From a virus (Duplodnaviria > Caudoviricetes): a stretch of DNA of 64,000 nt. The position numbers and the translations under genes are program-made. Shown here piece by piece: positions 44,322-54,029 of the stretch. The notes under the pieces are model-generated. The model saw nothing but the letters and a program-made list of their open reading frames with translations, searched no databases and was not told the DNA's origin. The stretch covers positions 6,641-70,640 of IMG/VR virus record IMGVR_UViG_3300012943_000033; one strand, written 5' to 3'. The first letter of the stretch is position 1; each line of letters begins with the position of its first letter.

Positions 44322-44746
44322 CCGAGCTTGCCACCAACCAGATCAACGTCCCAACCACCGCTGGGGACCGGGCTATCACGCTTGGGACGTTCCCGGCTCT
44401 GGAAGGGTTTGAGCTTGACCGTCGCTACCGGACGGATTACAAGATGCAGGCGGACCGCCATACGCGCCGCGAATATACGCTGGCAGTGATGGCGTTCGCA
44501 TCCTTCGAAGGCAAACCCCTGGACACGGTGGAAGCGATTGACGACGTGTTGGAGGTTTGGCGGAACGTGGAGCTGATCTTCCACAGCGTACTGGCGTACA
44601 ACGGAGTGGACCTCGAATTGCTGGAGGAGCGGGCACGGTGGTTTGAGTTCGCAGGCGCGGAGTTGGCCACCACGTTCATCGCGACCACCACGAGCCTTAT
44701 GGGCCCTTTCCTGAGCACTCTGGAGGAGCCTCCCCAAAATGGCTGA
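44318..44746 (+). CDS. Tail assembly chaperone-like protein (paralog)
   Basis: I..F.A..G..L..R....R.EYT..V...A...N..L.F..L..NG shared with the previous ORF. Confidence 0.6.
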   Translation: MTELATNQINVPTTAGDRAITLGTFPALEGFELDRRYRTDYKMQADRHTRREYTLAVMAFASFEGKPLDTVEAIDDVLEVWRNVELIFHSVLAYNGVDLELLEERARWFEFAGAELATTFIATTTSLMGPFLSTLEEPPQNG

Positions 44747-46880
44747 CAATGTCGAAGAGTTCATCCTCAAGTACAACGTGGACGTGGCGGAGACGCTGCG
44801 GAAGTTGGACGCTCTCAATGAGAAGCTGGACAAGACTGGGAAGAAAGGCAAGCAATCCGTCCAGAACCTTGGCACTGAGATAAGGGCCGTTGCCAAGGAG
44901 TTCGTTGTAGCTGGTGCCGCGATTGCTGGCGCTATGGCTACGGTAGCCAAGGGGATCAAGATGGCCACCGATGCGATGAAGGAATACAAGGAACAGTCAT
45001 TGTTGGCGCGGCGGAGCGGGGTCAGCCCTCTCATGCAGGAAGCGGTGGGCAACAACCTCGCCCGTGCGTCTCGCGGCAGGATTGGCGTGGCAGAGAGTCG
45101 TCAGTCTATCGACGCTGTGGCCAACGCCCTGATGAGCGCGTTCACCGACCCAACGAAAAGCAACACCCAAAATATCAAATTCAGCCAGATGGGTGTCAAG
45201 ACTACCGGCGCCAACGGCCAGATTGCCGACGCTGGTGAGACGATGAACGAATTGGGAAAGCGTTGGAAGCAAATGTCCTTGGAGCGGGCAGAGGCGGAGG
45301 GCAAGGCGCTGGAGTTGACGCCGCAGGTGACGGCAGCGATTCGTGACTTGGGCGGTGCGGTTACGGACACTTCCAATCTCACGCTCGCGGCAGTCCAACG
45401 GCAGGACGAAGCCGCGAAGGCAGCGGTGGAGTTGGAAGAGGCCACGACCGGCATCACCAAAGATTTCCGCGAGATGACAAAGGTGTTGATTGACGACGCC
45501 ATGCCAGCCCTCGCGGCCTACTACAAGCAGATTCAGAAGGACACCCACAACTTCGCCCAGAAACTGAGCGACGAAGGGACGATGGGTTTTCTCAACCACG
45601 CTGGACGGTACTACAAAAAGGCGTGGTCAAACCTCTGGGACGGCAAGGGCATCCCCACGACCCGCGAAGAACAGGACGCCCTCTGGGATGACACCGGGGT
45701 CAAGAAGACGGAGGAGGAAAAGCGGGATGACGACCGCAAAAAGAACGACATTCTGGACCGTCAGCGCGACGCGGCGAAAGGGCAGCAAAGCGCAGCGGCC
45801 AACAACGTCCTCGCCACCAACCAATTCTCTGCCGCAGTCGCGGCCATGCCCGGTTCCCTGTCTATGCAACAGGCGATTGCGATGTGGGCCGGAGAGTTCG
45901 GGAAGGGGCAGACCACAGGAGGGGCTGGATACGTCTCCGGGTCAGCGCCTGCTGGAGGGTCGATGGCGCCCGGTGGGTCCCGGCACGTCGCGACGGTTAC
46001 GGTAGGCGCAGGGGACCACGGTTCAATCGTCTCGTCGCTCATGTCGAAGGGCTGGACGGAGAGTCAGGCTGTCGGCATTGCCGCGAACCTCCACCAAGAG
46101 AGTAGCTATGACCACACGGCAGTGGGCGACGGAGGCAAGGCATACGGCATTGGCCAGTGGCACCCGGACCGCCAAGCCAACTTCAAGAAGGTCTTTGGCA
46201 AGGACATCAAAGAATCCACGTTGGAGGAACAGATCGCCTTCGTGGACTGGGAGCTACGGAACACCGAGAAAGGCGCTGGTGGGCGTCTGATGGGCGCAAA
46301 CAGCGCAGGTGACGCCGCGTCAATCGTCTCACAGTACTATGAGCGACCCAAGGACCGCTATGGAGAGGCGTCGCGTAGGTCCGCGAAGGCTACGGCAATG
46401 GCCGGTGGTCTGCGGACCCGTCCGACCGGCGCGCAGGGCATGGCGACCGGGCAGCGGCAGATGGTACAGGACGGTATCGCGCGACGCATTGGGATGAAGA
46501 CGGAACAGTTCAAGCGCGAAGGCGCCACGAGCGGTGACGTCCAGTACGGCATCGCGGCCCAGAGGCGCGGCTTTGAAATCGAAATCCTCAAGTTGGAGAA
46601 CGAAGTCAAGAGCTTCCAGGCAGCTGGCAAACCCCTCGCGGCGAACGAGAAAGCGGCGGAGCTTTACCAGATGCGCCAGCAAATGCAGATGTTCGAGAAA
46701 TACTCACCGGGCATCCTTCAGGATGCGCGACCCGGCGACCGCGAACGGACGCAGGGGATGACGATCATCAACGTCAACGGCGTGACCGACCCGGTGGCCA
46801 ACGCACTGGAAATCAAAAAGATCATGGGACAAGAGATGGGCAAAGTCGTCAACGAAGTATCGTCCAAGCATGTGGGCTAA
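44739..46880 (+). CDS. Tape measure protein with phage tail lysozyme domain
   Basis: Helical Ala-rich N-terminus; GWT..QA.GI.ANL.QES....A.GD.G.AYGIGQW...R lysozyme domain at ~46030-46390. Confidence 0.9.
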   Translation: MADNVEEFILKYNVDVAETLRKLDALNEKLDKTGKKGKQSVQNLGTEIRAVAKEFVVAGAAIAGAMATVAKGIKMATDAMKEYKEQSLLARRSGVSPLMQEAVGNNLARASRGRIGVAESRQSIDAVANALMSAFTDPTKSNTQNIKFSQMGVKTTGANGQIADAGETMNELGKRWKQMSLERAEAEGKALELTPQVTAAIRDLGGAVTDTSNLTLAAVQRQDEAAKAAVELEEATTGITKDFREMTKVLIDDAMPALAAYYKQIQKDTHNFAQKLSDEGTMGFLNHAGRYYKKAWSNLWDGKGIPTTREEQDALWDDTGVKKTEEEKRDDDRKKNDILDRQRDAAKGQQSAAANNVLATNQFSAAVAAMPGSLSMQQAIAMWAGEFGKGQTTGGAGYVSGSAPAGGSMAPGGSRHVATVTVGAGDHGSIVSSLMSKGWTESQAVGIAANLHQESSYDHTAVGDGGKAYGIGQWHPDRQANFKKVFGKDIKESTLEEQIAFVDWELRNTEKGAGGRLMGANSAGDAASIVSQYYERPKDRYGEASRRSAKATAMAGGLRTRPTGAQGMATGQRQMVQDGIARRIGMKTEQFKREGATSGDVQYGIAAQRRGFEIEILKLENEVKSFQAAGKPLAANEKAAELYQMRQQMQMFEKYSPGILQDARPGDRERTQGMTIINVNGVTDPVANALEIKKIMGQEMGKVVNEVSSKHVG

Positions 46881-46882
46881 TC

Positions 46883-47425
46883 ATGCGCAGCGCCAAAGAA
46901 TTCACGATGTTTGGGCAGGACTACAGGCTGATGCAGGTATCAGCCGCCTCGGCCTTCCTATACATGAACGTTGACCGCGACCCGAAGACGGAGCTTTTGG
47001 CGCTCATCGAGGGCGCGGCAATCAAGGTGGAAGGCTGCTGGGTTACGCTGGACGAAGCCGCGATCAACAAGCACGTCAAGGACCGTATTGGCGTGATGCA
47101 GCCACGTTTCGTCCTGAAGGCCCTTATCAAGGTCGCCAATGACCTGAACTTCGGATTCCTCCAGGGCCGCAAATCCTTCACCGTGCCCAGCTACCTGCGG
47201 TCCAACCACGATTACGAAGTGCGCCACATCGAAGGCGAAAGCCCAGTTCTGGGCATGCTGGTGGCCGATGGCAAGGCGACGCTGAAGGAGCTTCAAGAAT
47301 TCTATTCTCTGGAGGACGCCTTCAGAATTTATGACATCCTCTTCGTTGAGAAGCTGAACGCCGCAGACGCCCAGCACGAAGTGTTCACGAAGGCCAAGGC
47401 CACAAAGGGCAAACATGCCGCTTAA
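46883..47425 (+). CDS. Conserved tail-module protein
   Basis: L.AT..EL..YSLEDA..DI C-terminal pattern. Confidence 0.6.
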   Translation: MRSAKEFTMFGQDYRLMQVSAASAFLYMNVDRDPKTELLALIEGAAIKVEGCWVTLDEAAINKHVKDRIGVMQPRFVLKALIKVANDLNFGFLQGRKSFTVPSYLRSNHDYEVRHIEGESPVLGMLVADGKATLKELQEFYSLEDAFRIYDILFVEKLNAADAQHEVFTKAKATKGKHAA

Positions 47426-48287
47426 AAAGCGCCGACTGAAGGTAACGATTGACCTGGCATCCGGGCCGCTGGTGCTGGACGAATCGCTTGAGTTGAATTT
47501 TCGATGCCATAAAGACTGCCTGGGCATCCGGACAATGGCTGACATCGACGTGGTGAACCTTACGTCCAGCATCCGGGAATCGTTGCTGACGCAATGCTCG
47601 GCTTGGAACGTGCGGCTGGCGCAGTCTGGGGACGCCAAGCAGAAATCCTACATCAACGTCAAGGTGGAGGCCGGTTACGACAACGACACGGCCCTCATCT
47701 TCAGAGGGCAGGTGGTGGAGACTTCGCTCATCAGCGTGCCGCCCAGTATTGGGATGCGGCTGTCATGCGCCACCCAACAAATCGACAAGACGAAGGACAC
47801 TGAAATCCCTCCCCAGACGGGGCAGACCACCTTCAAGGAATACGTTTTCTGGGCCGCAAAGCTGATGGGGCTTCAGGCAAGCTGCGAGACCACGCATGAT
47901 GACGAGATCATCCCCAATATGTTCGCGGGCATCACGGACGTTTCCGCTCTGGTGATGGCGATTCAGGGGTCATTCAACCCGCGCGTGGTCGCATACGTCG
48001 ATTCTGACCGGCTAACGGTCCGGGAAATCAACATCCCCTTGCGCGCAGAGGAGTTGGTAAACCTGACGGAATTTATCGGTGTACCAACCTGGACCTCTTA
48101 TGGCGCAACCTTCCGCACGTTGTTCGATCACAAGATTCGTCTGGGCGGCATCGTCCACATTGAAAGTTCCATGAATCCGTCCCTCCACAACTATCCCCAG
48201 TGGCTGGTGTTCGGAATCGACTATGAACTGTCCTCGCGCCGCGACAGTTTTTATGGGACTGTGACCTGTTATCCTCCGGCAGACTAG
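47415..48287 (+). CDS. Baseplate hub protein
   Basis: A.I...NL; V..EAGY....LIF.G.V; position before the spike gene. Confidence 0.75.
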   Translation: MPLKKRRLKVTIDLASGPLVLDESLELNFRCHKDCLGIRTMADIDVVNLTSSIRESLLTQCSAWNVRLAQSGDAKQKSYINVKVEAGYDNDTALIFRGQVVETSLISVPPSIGMRLSCATQQIDKTKDTEIPPQTGQTTFKEYVFWAAKLMGLQASCETTHDDEIIPNMFAGITDVSALVMAIQGSFNPRVVAYVDSDRLTVREINIPLRAEELVNLTEFIGVPTWTSYGATFRTLFDHKIRLGGIVHIESSMNPSLHNYPQWLVFGIDYELSSRRDSFYGTVTCYPPAD

Positions 48288-48289
48288 GT

Positions 48290-48306
48290 GTCCTGTGGTA
48301 CACTCC
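48290..48306 (+). promoter_or_regulatory. Possible extended -10 promoter
   Basis: TG-G-TACACT upstream of the spike gene. Confidence 0.35.
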
Positions 48307-48339
48307 GCTTATACTCTACAGTCCAGAGAAAGGCCATAG

Positions 48340-49131
48340 GTGTCGAGCCAGAATAACCCCATCCTTGGGAATAAGCCTGATGAGCCATCCTTCGCGAATG
48401 GGATGTTGGCTCTGTTGGGTCTCCACTCCCAGAAGACTGATGGCATGATACCGGCCAAGGTGTTGGAGTACGACAGGGCCAAGAACCTCGTCAAAGTCCA
48501 ACCGATGGTGATGTTGGTGGACACCGAGAACAACAGCCGCATGCGCAACCCCATTGGCGGGTTGCCCTTGTTCTCGTTCGGTGGCGGCGGGTTCCACATC
48601 AATTTCCCGATCAAACCCGGCGACCTCGGCTGGATTGTCGCGGCAGACCGGGACATCAGCTTGTTCCTCCAGACGCTGGACGCCGCGAAGCCCACGACCA
48701 TGCGCCGCAAGACGTTTGGTGACGCTTGGTTCGTCCCAGACGTATTCTGGAAATACACGATTGCCGGAGAGGACACCGACGCGCTGGTCATCCAGTCCGT
48801 CGATAGCACCACCAGAATTTCGATCAGCAACGGAGTGGTGAACATCACAGCCCCAACTTCGGTGAAGGTCGATACGCCAACGGCCACATTCACCGGCGAC
48901 GTCATTGTCCAGAAGACCCTGACCGTAAATTCGAACACCATGCTGAAGGCGAATCTCACGGTCAGTGGTCTGACGGCTGTCAATGGCGGGTTCGTCGCGA
49001 CGGGCGGAGGAGGCGGGCAGGCTTGCACCTTGCCGACCACTACCACCATCGGTGGCATCGGCGTCTATGGCCACGGGCACTTGGAGCAAAATCCTTCCGG
49101 CCAACGCACCCAAGGAGGGATGGTGGCATGA
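48340..49131 (+). CDS. Baseplate central spike (Gp138/gpV-like)
   Basis: PA.V..YD....V.VQP; FPI.PGD.G.IV.ADRDIS.F; D..F.P; C-terminal H.H. Confidence 0.9.
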   Translation: MSSQNNPILGNKPDEPSFANGMLALLGLHSQKTDGMIPAKVLEYDRAKNLVKVQPMVMLVDTENNSRMRNPIGGLPLFSFGGGGFHINFPIKPGDLGWIVAADRDISLFLQTLDAAKPTTMRRKTFGDAWFVPDVFWKYTIAGEDTDALVIQSVDSTTRISISNGVVNITAPTSVKVDTPTATFTGDVIVQKTLTVNSNTMLKANLTVSGLTAVNGGFVATGGGGGQACTLPTTTTIGGIGVYGHGHLEQNPSGQRTQGGMVA

Positions 49132-49295
49132 ACTGGTTGAAGCGCCTATTCTGCCGCCACTACGGTGGTGTGGAGTTCGTCCGGAATCTGTATGGCGACG
49201 AAATCATGGGATGGAGCGGCAATCGTTCGCTCTGGCGGTGCAAGCGCTGCGGCGGTATCTTCGCCCAACCTGAATTGAACGAACCACCAACATGA
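49128..49295 (+). CDS. Small Cys-containing protein
   Basis: MNWLKRLFC.H...C..CG; coupled on both sides. Confidence 0.55.
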   Translation: MNWLKRLFCRHYGGVEFVRNLYGDEIMGWSGNRSLWRCKRCGGIFAQPELNEPPT

Positions 49296-50554
49296 CCGCA
49301 TCATACACCTACCTCGTTGACACAGGGACCATTGCGGTCGATACCACAGACCTCTTGGAGGATGTCCAAGCAGAGTGGATGACGGCATTCGGTGCCAATC
49401 TGAACCTAGATGCCAGCACGCCGCAGGGCGTCATGATCGCGGCAGAGACAACGGCCCGCGTCAGCGTGATGAAGAACAACGCCGACCTCGCCAACATGCA
49501 GAATCCCAATCTGGCTTACGGCACGTTCCTGGACGCGATCTGTGCGCTGTTGGGCGTGGAGCGCGGCGAGAACATCAGCACCACTGCCCAGAAAATTGAG
49601 CTGAACGGCAACAAAGACACCGTCATCAATGCAGGCTCCCGCATCAAGACGGCGAACGGTGACGTGTTCTACCTTTTGGCGACCACGGTTATCCCAGCAA
49701 GCGGGGCGACCACCGGTGACTTCCAGTCGGAGGCTTACGGTGACATCGCCGTCCCAGCAGGATCAATGACTATCATTGACGGGACGATTGGATGGGGTAG
49801 TGCTAACATCGGACCCGCGACCACTATCCGGGCCGGTTCCGTCCAGAGTACGGACGCCCAGCTCAGGAACAAGCGCAACGAACAGCTGTCGGTGCAGGGC
49901 ACCGGCTCCGTGGCGGCTATCCGCGCGAACGTGATGAACGTCGCCAACGTCACTTCGGTTATGGTGGTGGAGAATAACACCAGCGCGGCAGGCACTGTGA
50001 ACGGCGTGGCCTTCACGAAGCCCAACGCGGTCTGGGTATGCGTGGCAGGCAATCCGACGCCCGCTGATGTTGCGGCAGCGCTGTACGCCGCGCACAACTC
50101 CGGCACTGCCTGGGATTTCGGTGGGTCTGGTATGGGCATCCCGTACAACGCCCCAGACGGCGTGACCGTTGTGGACCCCAATACCAACCTCCCATACAAC
50201 GTCCTCTTCACCACGCCAATCCTCTGGGACACCTATATCCACGTGGACGTTCACCAGACCTCCTCCGCCTCTCCCGGTGCGGTCGCAATCCAAAACGTGG
50301 TGCTGGATTACTGCCAGGGGCTGATCGGCGGAGAGGAGGGCCTTGTGGTGGGCGCGGACCTCTCCGCATTCGAGGTGTCTGGCGCTGTGGCGCGGGCCTA
50401 CCCAGGGTTGTACGTGAAGAAGTGCATGGTGGCGGCAGTTCCCGCTGGCGCTGCCGCGCCGGTGTACCCCGGCGATTACACCTATGAGTGGGTGTCCGGG
50501 CCGTTCGACCAAGGCGTTCAGCAAATCGGCAATATTGCGGTGGACCTTGTATGA
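49292..50554 (+). CDS. Baseplate J-like wedge protein
   Basis: FG..LNL..STPQG..I; A.G..LDA.....G.ER; D..LR.R. Confidence 0.9.
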   Translation: MTASYTYLVDTGTIAVDTTDLLEDVQAEWMTAFGANLNLDASTPQGVMIAAETTARVSVMKNNADLANMQNPNLAYGTFLDAICALLGVERGENISTTAQKIELNGNKDTVINAGSRIKTANGDVFYLLATTVIPASGATTGDFQSEAYGDIAVPAGSMTIIDGTIGWGSANIGPATTIRAGSVQSTDAQLRNKRNEQLSVQGTGSVAAIRANVMNVANVTSVMVVENNTSAAGTVNGVAFTKPNAVWVCVAGNPTPADVAAALYAAHNSGTAWDFGGSGMGIPYNAPDGVTVVDPNTNLPYNVLFTTPILWDTYIHVDVHQTSSASPGAVAIQNVVLDYCQGLIGGEEGLVVGADLSAFEVSGAVARAYPGLYVKKCMVAAVPAGAAAPVYPGDYTYEWVSGPFDQGVQQIGNIAVDLV

Positions 50555-51222
50555 CGATGGTTCCCTATGACCCGACAATTACGCGCGCACTCCGCTGGAT
50601 GGAGAATAAAGCGCCGCGCATTACATCGGTCATTACCCAGAAGGATTTGTGGTATCAGCGCTACAATATCCAATTCTGGCAGCAATGGGAATCGCAGATT
50701 TTCGACCTCCGGACGGCTAACCCGTTTGGCCTGGCCGTCTGGTGCATTATCCTGGGCCTGCCGCTGGACATCTTCAATTTCGACCCTCTGACCAACGCTT
50801 GGGCTTACGGTCCGCAGCGCGGCAACTACATGGACGGCGACCAAACCGGGCCAGACTTCAACACGGTGGGTTACAACTTCCAAGGCGGTGGCGATGAGTC
50901 TGTGTCGCTGCTGACTGACGTGCGGTATGCGTGCCAACTCCGGTACGTGGCGCTGGTATCGAACGGGCGGCAGCAATGGATCAACGAGATGCTGGCCTAC
51001 ATCTTGAACGATGGCGAGCCTTGGGATATGGCAAGCGGGCGGTATTTCTACCTGACCGACGCGACGGAGGACGGAGGGCCGGTTGTGGACGATATGGTGA
51101 TGGAGTACCACATCGGCCCTACCCTGGAGGTGTCCGCGCAATTCGTCAACATCTTGAACAACCCTGAGTACGGGATTCTCCCACAACTCTCTGGGGTTCC
51201 GTACCAAGTCATACAGGATTAA
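50551..51222 (+). CDS. Baseplate wedge protein (DUF2612-like)
   Basis: FDL.TAN.FGL.VW..ILG.P. Confidence 0.85.
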   Translation: MTMVPYDPTITRALRWMENKAPRITSVITQKDLWYQRYNIQFWQQWESQIFDLRTANPFGLAVWCIILGLPLDIFNFDPLTNAWAYGPQRGNYMDGDQTGPDFNTVGYNFQGGGDESVSLLTDVRYACQLRYVALVSNGRQQWINEMLAYILNDGEPWDMASGRYFYLTDATEDGGPVVDDMVMEYHIGPTLEVSAQFVNILNNPEYGILPQLSGVPYQVIQD

Positions 51223-51224
51223 AA

Positions 51225-52568
51225 ATGGCACTCGTAATCCCACCGCTCATCACTACGCCGTTCGCAGACTCCGGCGACAAGACCGTTGTCCCCGCGACGG
51301 ACCCGGCAGGCTTCGTCAGCTTCCTGACCGGCTACACGCCAGACTATGAACTGAACCTCGCATCCGGCGACCCGCAAGCGAAGGCGGTGGAGCGGGGCAT
51401 CCAGAATTACCTGTTCAACGCAGGCACGTTGACCTCCAAGGCTTGGCAGACTGCCGCGCGGCCACCTTGGTACAACACGATGCCCGGTGGGTATATGAAG
51501 TGGGCGGAGGTTGTGTACGACACCGGCGACGGCAACCCCAAGCCGTTCCGCTCGCTGGTGGCCGGGAACGTCTCCACACCAGGCAATTCGACCAGTTGGG
51601 AGTACATCGAAGGCACTGGCGAGATGCTGAAGCATGTCCCGATGCCCACTGGCGGTCCGGGCGGGCCGTCCGCATACCTCATCACCGTAGCGACGGACTT
51701 CAACACGCTGACCACCAGCGGCTCGTTCCAGTTCTCCTCGGATGCGGTTGTGAACGGCTCGCCCAATGCCCCGGCCAACGGCGCCAACAAGGGCCAGGCG
51801 GGCATGCTGGAGGTGACCTCTTGGGCAGACGGCACGAACAATTACGTCAGCCAGTTCTATCGCGACAAGGCGGGCCTGGGCTTCCTTCGCGGTGCGGTCA
51901 ACGGTACGTGGACGGCCTGGAAAATCTGGGCGAATGCACAGCAGTTCACCGTTGGCGAGGTGCGGATGTGGAGCGGCACGGCAACCCAAGCCGCAGTGAC
52001 CGCAGCGTGGGGACCGGGCTGGCGCCTCTGCGACGGCACGAACGGGACACCCAACCTCCGTGACCGGTTCATCATTGGTGCAGGCTCCACCTATCCGGTC
52101 AACACAGCCGGAGGCGCGGCAGCGGTCACACTGGCCATCGCGCATATGCCCGCGCACAACCACGTTATCAATATTGGCGACCCTGGGCACGCGCACGGTG
52201 TTGCCGATAGCGGCCACGCACACGGGGTGAACGACCCTGGGCACGCGCACGGCGTCTATGACCCTGGGCACGCGCACGGCAACTCAGTAGCCGTTAACCA
52301 GTGGTGGCTGCGGAACGAGAACAACTGGGCGATCTTCTGGATCACCCAACAGAACCAGACCCGCGCGGCGACCGATGCGAGCGGCACTGGCATCCAGATT
52401 TACGGCAACGGCACCGGCATCAGCATCGCTGGCTCTGGGTCGAACATCGGCATTTACGCCGCAGCCACAGGAATCTGGGCGAATTCGAACAACACGGGCA
52501 GTGGCCAAGCGTTCTCGATTGTGCCGCCATACTTCGCTCTGTGCTACGTCATGTACACCGGCACCTAG
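51225..52568 (+). CDS. Tail fibre protein with collar domain and His-repeat tip
   Basis: PB1-like N-terminus (PFA..GDK...GYTPDYE..L.S..P.AKAVER..QN.LF); W.LCDG.NGTPNLRDRFI.GAG; MPAHNH; DPGHAH repeats. Confidence 0.9.
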   Translation: MALVIPPLITTPFADSGDKTVVPATDPAGFVSFLTGYTPDYELNLASGDPQAKAVERGIQNYLFNAGTLTSKAWQTAARPPWYNTMPGGYMKWAEVVYDTGDGNPKPFRSLVAGNVSTPGNSTSWEYIEGTGEMLKHVPMPTGGPGGPSAYLITVATDFNTLTTSGSFQFSSDAVVNGSPNAPANGANKGQAGMLEVTSWADGTNNYVSQFYRDKAGLGFLRGAVNGTWTAWKIWANAQQFTVGEVRMWSGTATQAAVTAAWGPGWRLCDGTNGTPNLRDRFIIGAGSTYPVNTAGGAAAVTLAIAHMPAHNHVINIGDPGHAHGVADSGHAHGVNDPGHAHGVYDPGHAHGNSVAVNQWWLRNENNWAIFWITQQNQTRAATDASGTGIQIYGNGTGISIAGSGSNIGIYAAATGIWANSNNTGSGQAFSIVPPYFALCYVMYTGT

Positions 52569-52591
52569 TGCCATAACCCCAGGAGAATGAA

Positions 52592-52978
52592 ATGTCTTTC
52601 CGCGTCCGCGTTGTCAATGAAGGTGATATGTACTTGAAGGTTACGGCTGGCGAGGTGACCGCCGTCATCCGTCCGGGTGACCAGTCCTCGCTGCTGTTCG
52701 AGGAAGGCGACACGATGGAAGCCGTCCAGCGAACCGAAGAGGAGGCCATCGCTGACATGGAGGAGTTGTACGCTGTCGAGGAGCCGCCAGTGGAAGGCGA
52801 GGAGGAGCCTGAAGCTGAAGCCCCGGCTGAGGGGCCTGCGGCTGAAGAACCGGCCACCGAGCCGGAAGCGGAGGCACCGGCAGAGGAGCCGGCCACCGAG
52901 CCGGAAGCTGAAGAGGAGCCGGCCACCGAGCCGGAAGCTGAAGAACCGGCACCTGAAGAGGAACCGCCCGCAGCGTGA
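52592..52978 (+). CDS. Acidic protein with EPEAE/EEPAT repeats
   Basis: AGGAG RBS; tandem gagccggccaccgagccggaagc DNA repeats. Confidence 0.7.
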   Translation: MSFRVRVVNEGDMYLKVTAGEVTAVIRPGDQSSLLFEEGDTMEAVQRTEEEAIADMEELYAVEEPPVEGEEEPEAEAPAEGPAAEEPATEPEAEAPAEEPATEPEAEEEPATEPEAEEPAPEEEPPAA

Positions 52979-53012
52979 CGGAAGGGTAGGCTGGTAGGGT
53001 AGTGTGGAGAAT

Positions 53013-53053
53013 CCGGGGAAACGGCTAGGATCACTGATTAGCTGTGTCCCCGG
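53013..53053 (+). repeat. Dispersed palindromic element, copy (d), in an imperfect inverted repeat
   Basis: ccggggaaacggcta-ggatcactgat-tagctgtgtccccgg. Confidence 0.8.
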
Positions 53054-53184
53054 TGATAGGTTCACCGACCTCTCCGACCCGCGCGGCGGGCTCCGGGTTC
53101 AGCCCTGTACCTGCCGCGCCCGTAGAATCTCCGGGCCTGCCTGCAACGGGCGGGACGTTCCCAAACCAACCGAAAGAGAAATTC

Positions 53185-53580
53185 ATGTTCCCTGTATCCC
53201 TCAACCTCATCCCCGTCCCCAGCGATGAATCGCTGTTCGAGGAAGGCCACCAGTATTTGGTCGTTGACCAGAATGGCGTGTACCACATCGCCGTCTGGGA
53301 CGCTGAAGATGAAGTCTTGGTCATCCCAGACTCGCTGGAAGTCGTGACCGAGCCGGAGGAAGCTGAAGAGGCGACGGACCCGGCAGACGTTGACACCTCG
53401 CCCGTGCCTGTGGCTGGTGACTCGCTCGTGCATGACCTGCCGCTGGATCAGGCCGTCGCAGCGGCAGAGCCGGAAGCTGAAGCGGAAGAGGAAGGCGCCA
53501 CGATGGAAGAGGACGATGACGCGGTGTTCGTCTGCTTCGTCGCCCGCCTGCCCGAATTTGTGGCCCCGGAAGCGATCTAA
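53185..53580 (+). CDS. Acidic hypothetical protein
   Basis: GAAAGAG RBS; very Glu/Asp-rich. Confidence 0.65.
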   Translation: MFPVSLNLIPVPSDESLFEEGHQYLVVDQNGVYHIAVWDAEDEVLVIPDSLEVVTEPEEAEEATDPADVDTSPVPVAGDSLVHDLPLDQAVAAAEPEAEAEEEGATMEEDDDAVFVCFVARLPEFVAPEAI

Positions 53581-53587
53581 ACACACA

Positions 53588-53612
53588 GCGCGAACACTGT
53601 AAAGCATTCGCG
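53588..53612. terminator. Hairpin at the convergence of the structural and replication modules
   Basis: cgcgaa...ttcgcg stem between convergent genes. Confidence 0.4.
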
Positions 53613-53636
53613 TGCGGCCCTAGCTAGGCGACTAGA

Positions 53637-53867
53637 CTAGGGCCGATTAGTGTCCGCTAGGTCAAGCGTATCGGGCAGGTTCGCGAGGACCGCGAGGGCG
53701 CTCAGAATGTGGATATTGGCGTCCGTCACCGCATTCCTTGCCGCCCCGGTGGGCAGCGCAAGGATCAGAGTCTCCACCAGCCCTTGGGCGCGGCGAGCAT
53801 GCCTGTGCGCCTCCAGCACGTTCGCCTTCATCAGGTCCAGGTGGTTCTCCAGGTAGCCGTTAGTCAT
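53637..53867 (-). CDS. Small hypothetical protein
   Basis: ORF track; GGAG RBS. Confidence 0.55.
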   Translation of the reverse strand: MTNGYLENHLDLMKANVLEAHRHARRAQGLVETLILALPTGAARNAVTDANIHILSALAVLANLPDTLDLADTNRP

Positions 53868-54029
53868 CGTGGTCTCCGTCCTCGAATATCAGAACCCACT
53901 CGCCTCTGTCGATGTTCCAATACTCAACGGCGAGCATTATGGCGGTGGAGTACATCGCATCGCCCGGAGACGTCACGACCCACTCCCCGTCCCTCTTGTG
54001 ACGCACGGCACCGGCTGGGTGCGTTTCCT

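Noticed and set aside
43917-44746. Programmed frameshift in the tail assembly chaperones
   Set aside because: The two ORFs have their own coupled starts (ATGA), and I saw no convincing slippery heptamer.
52178-52282. Short direct repeats resembling a mini-CRISPR array
   Set aside because: The repeats are in-frame coding units (DPGHAH) with 27-54-bp periodicity, and there are no cas genes.
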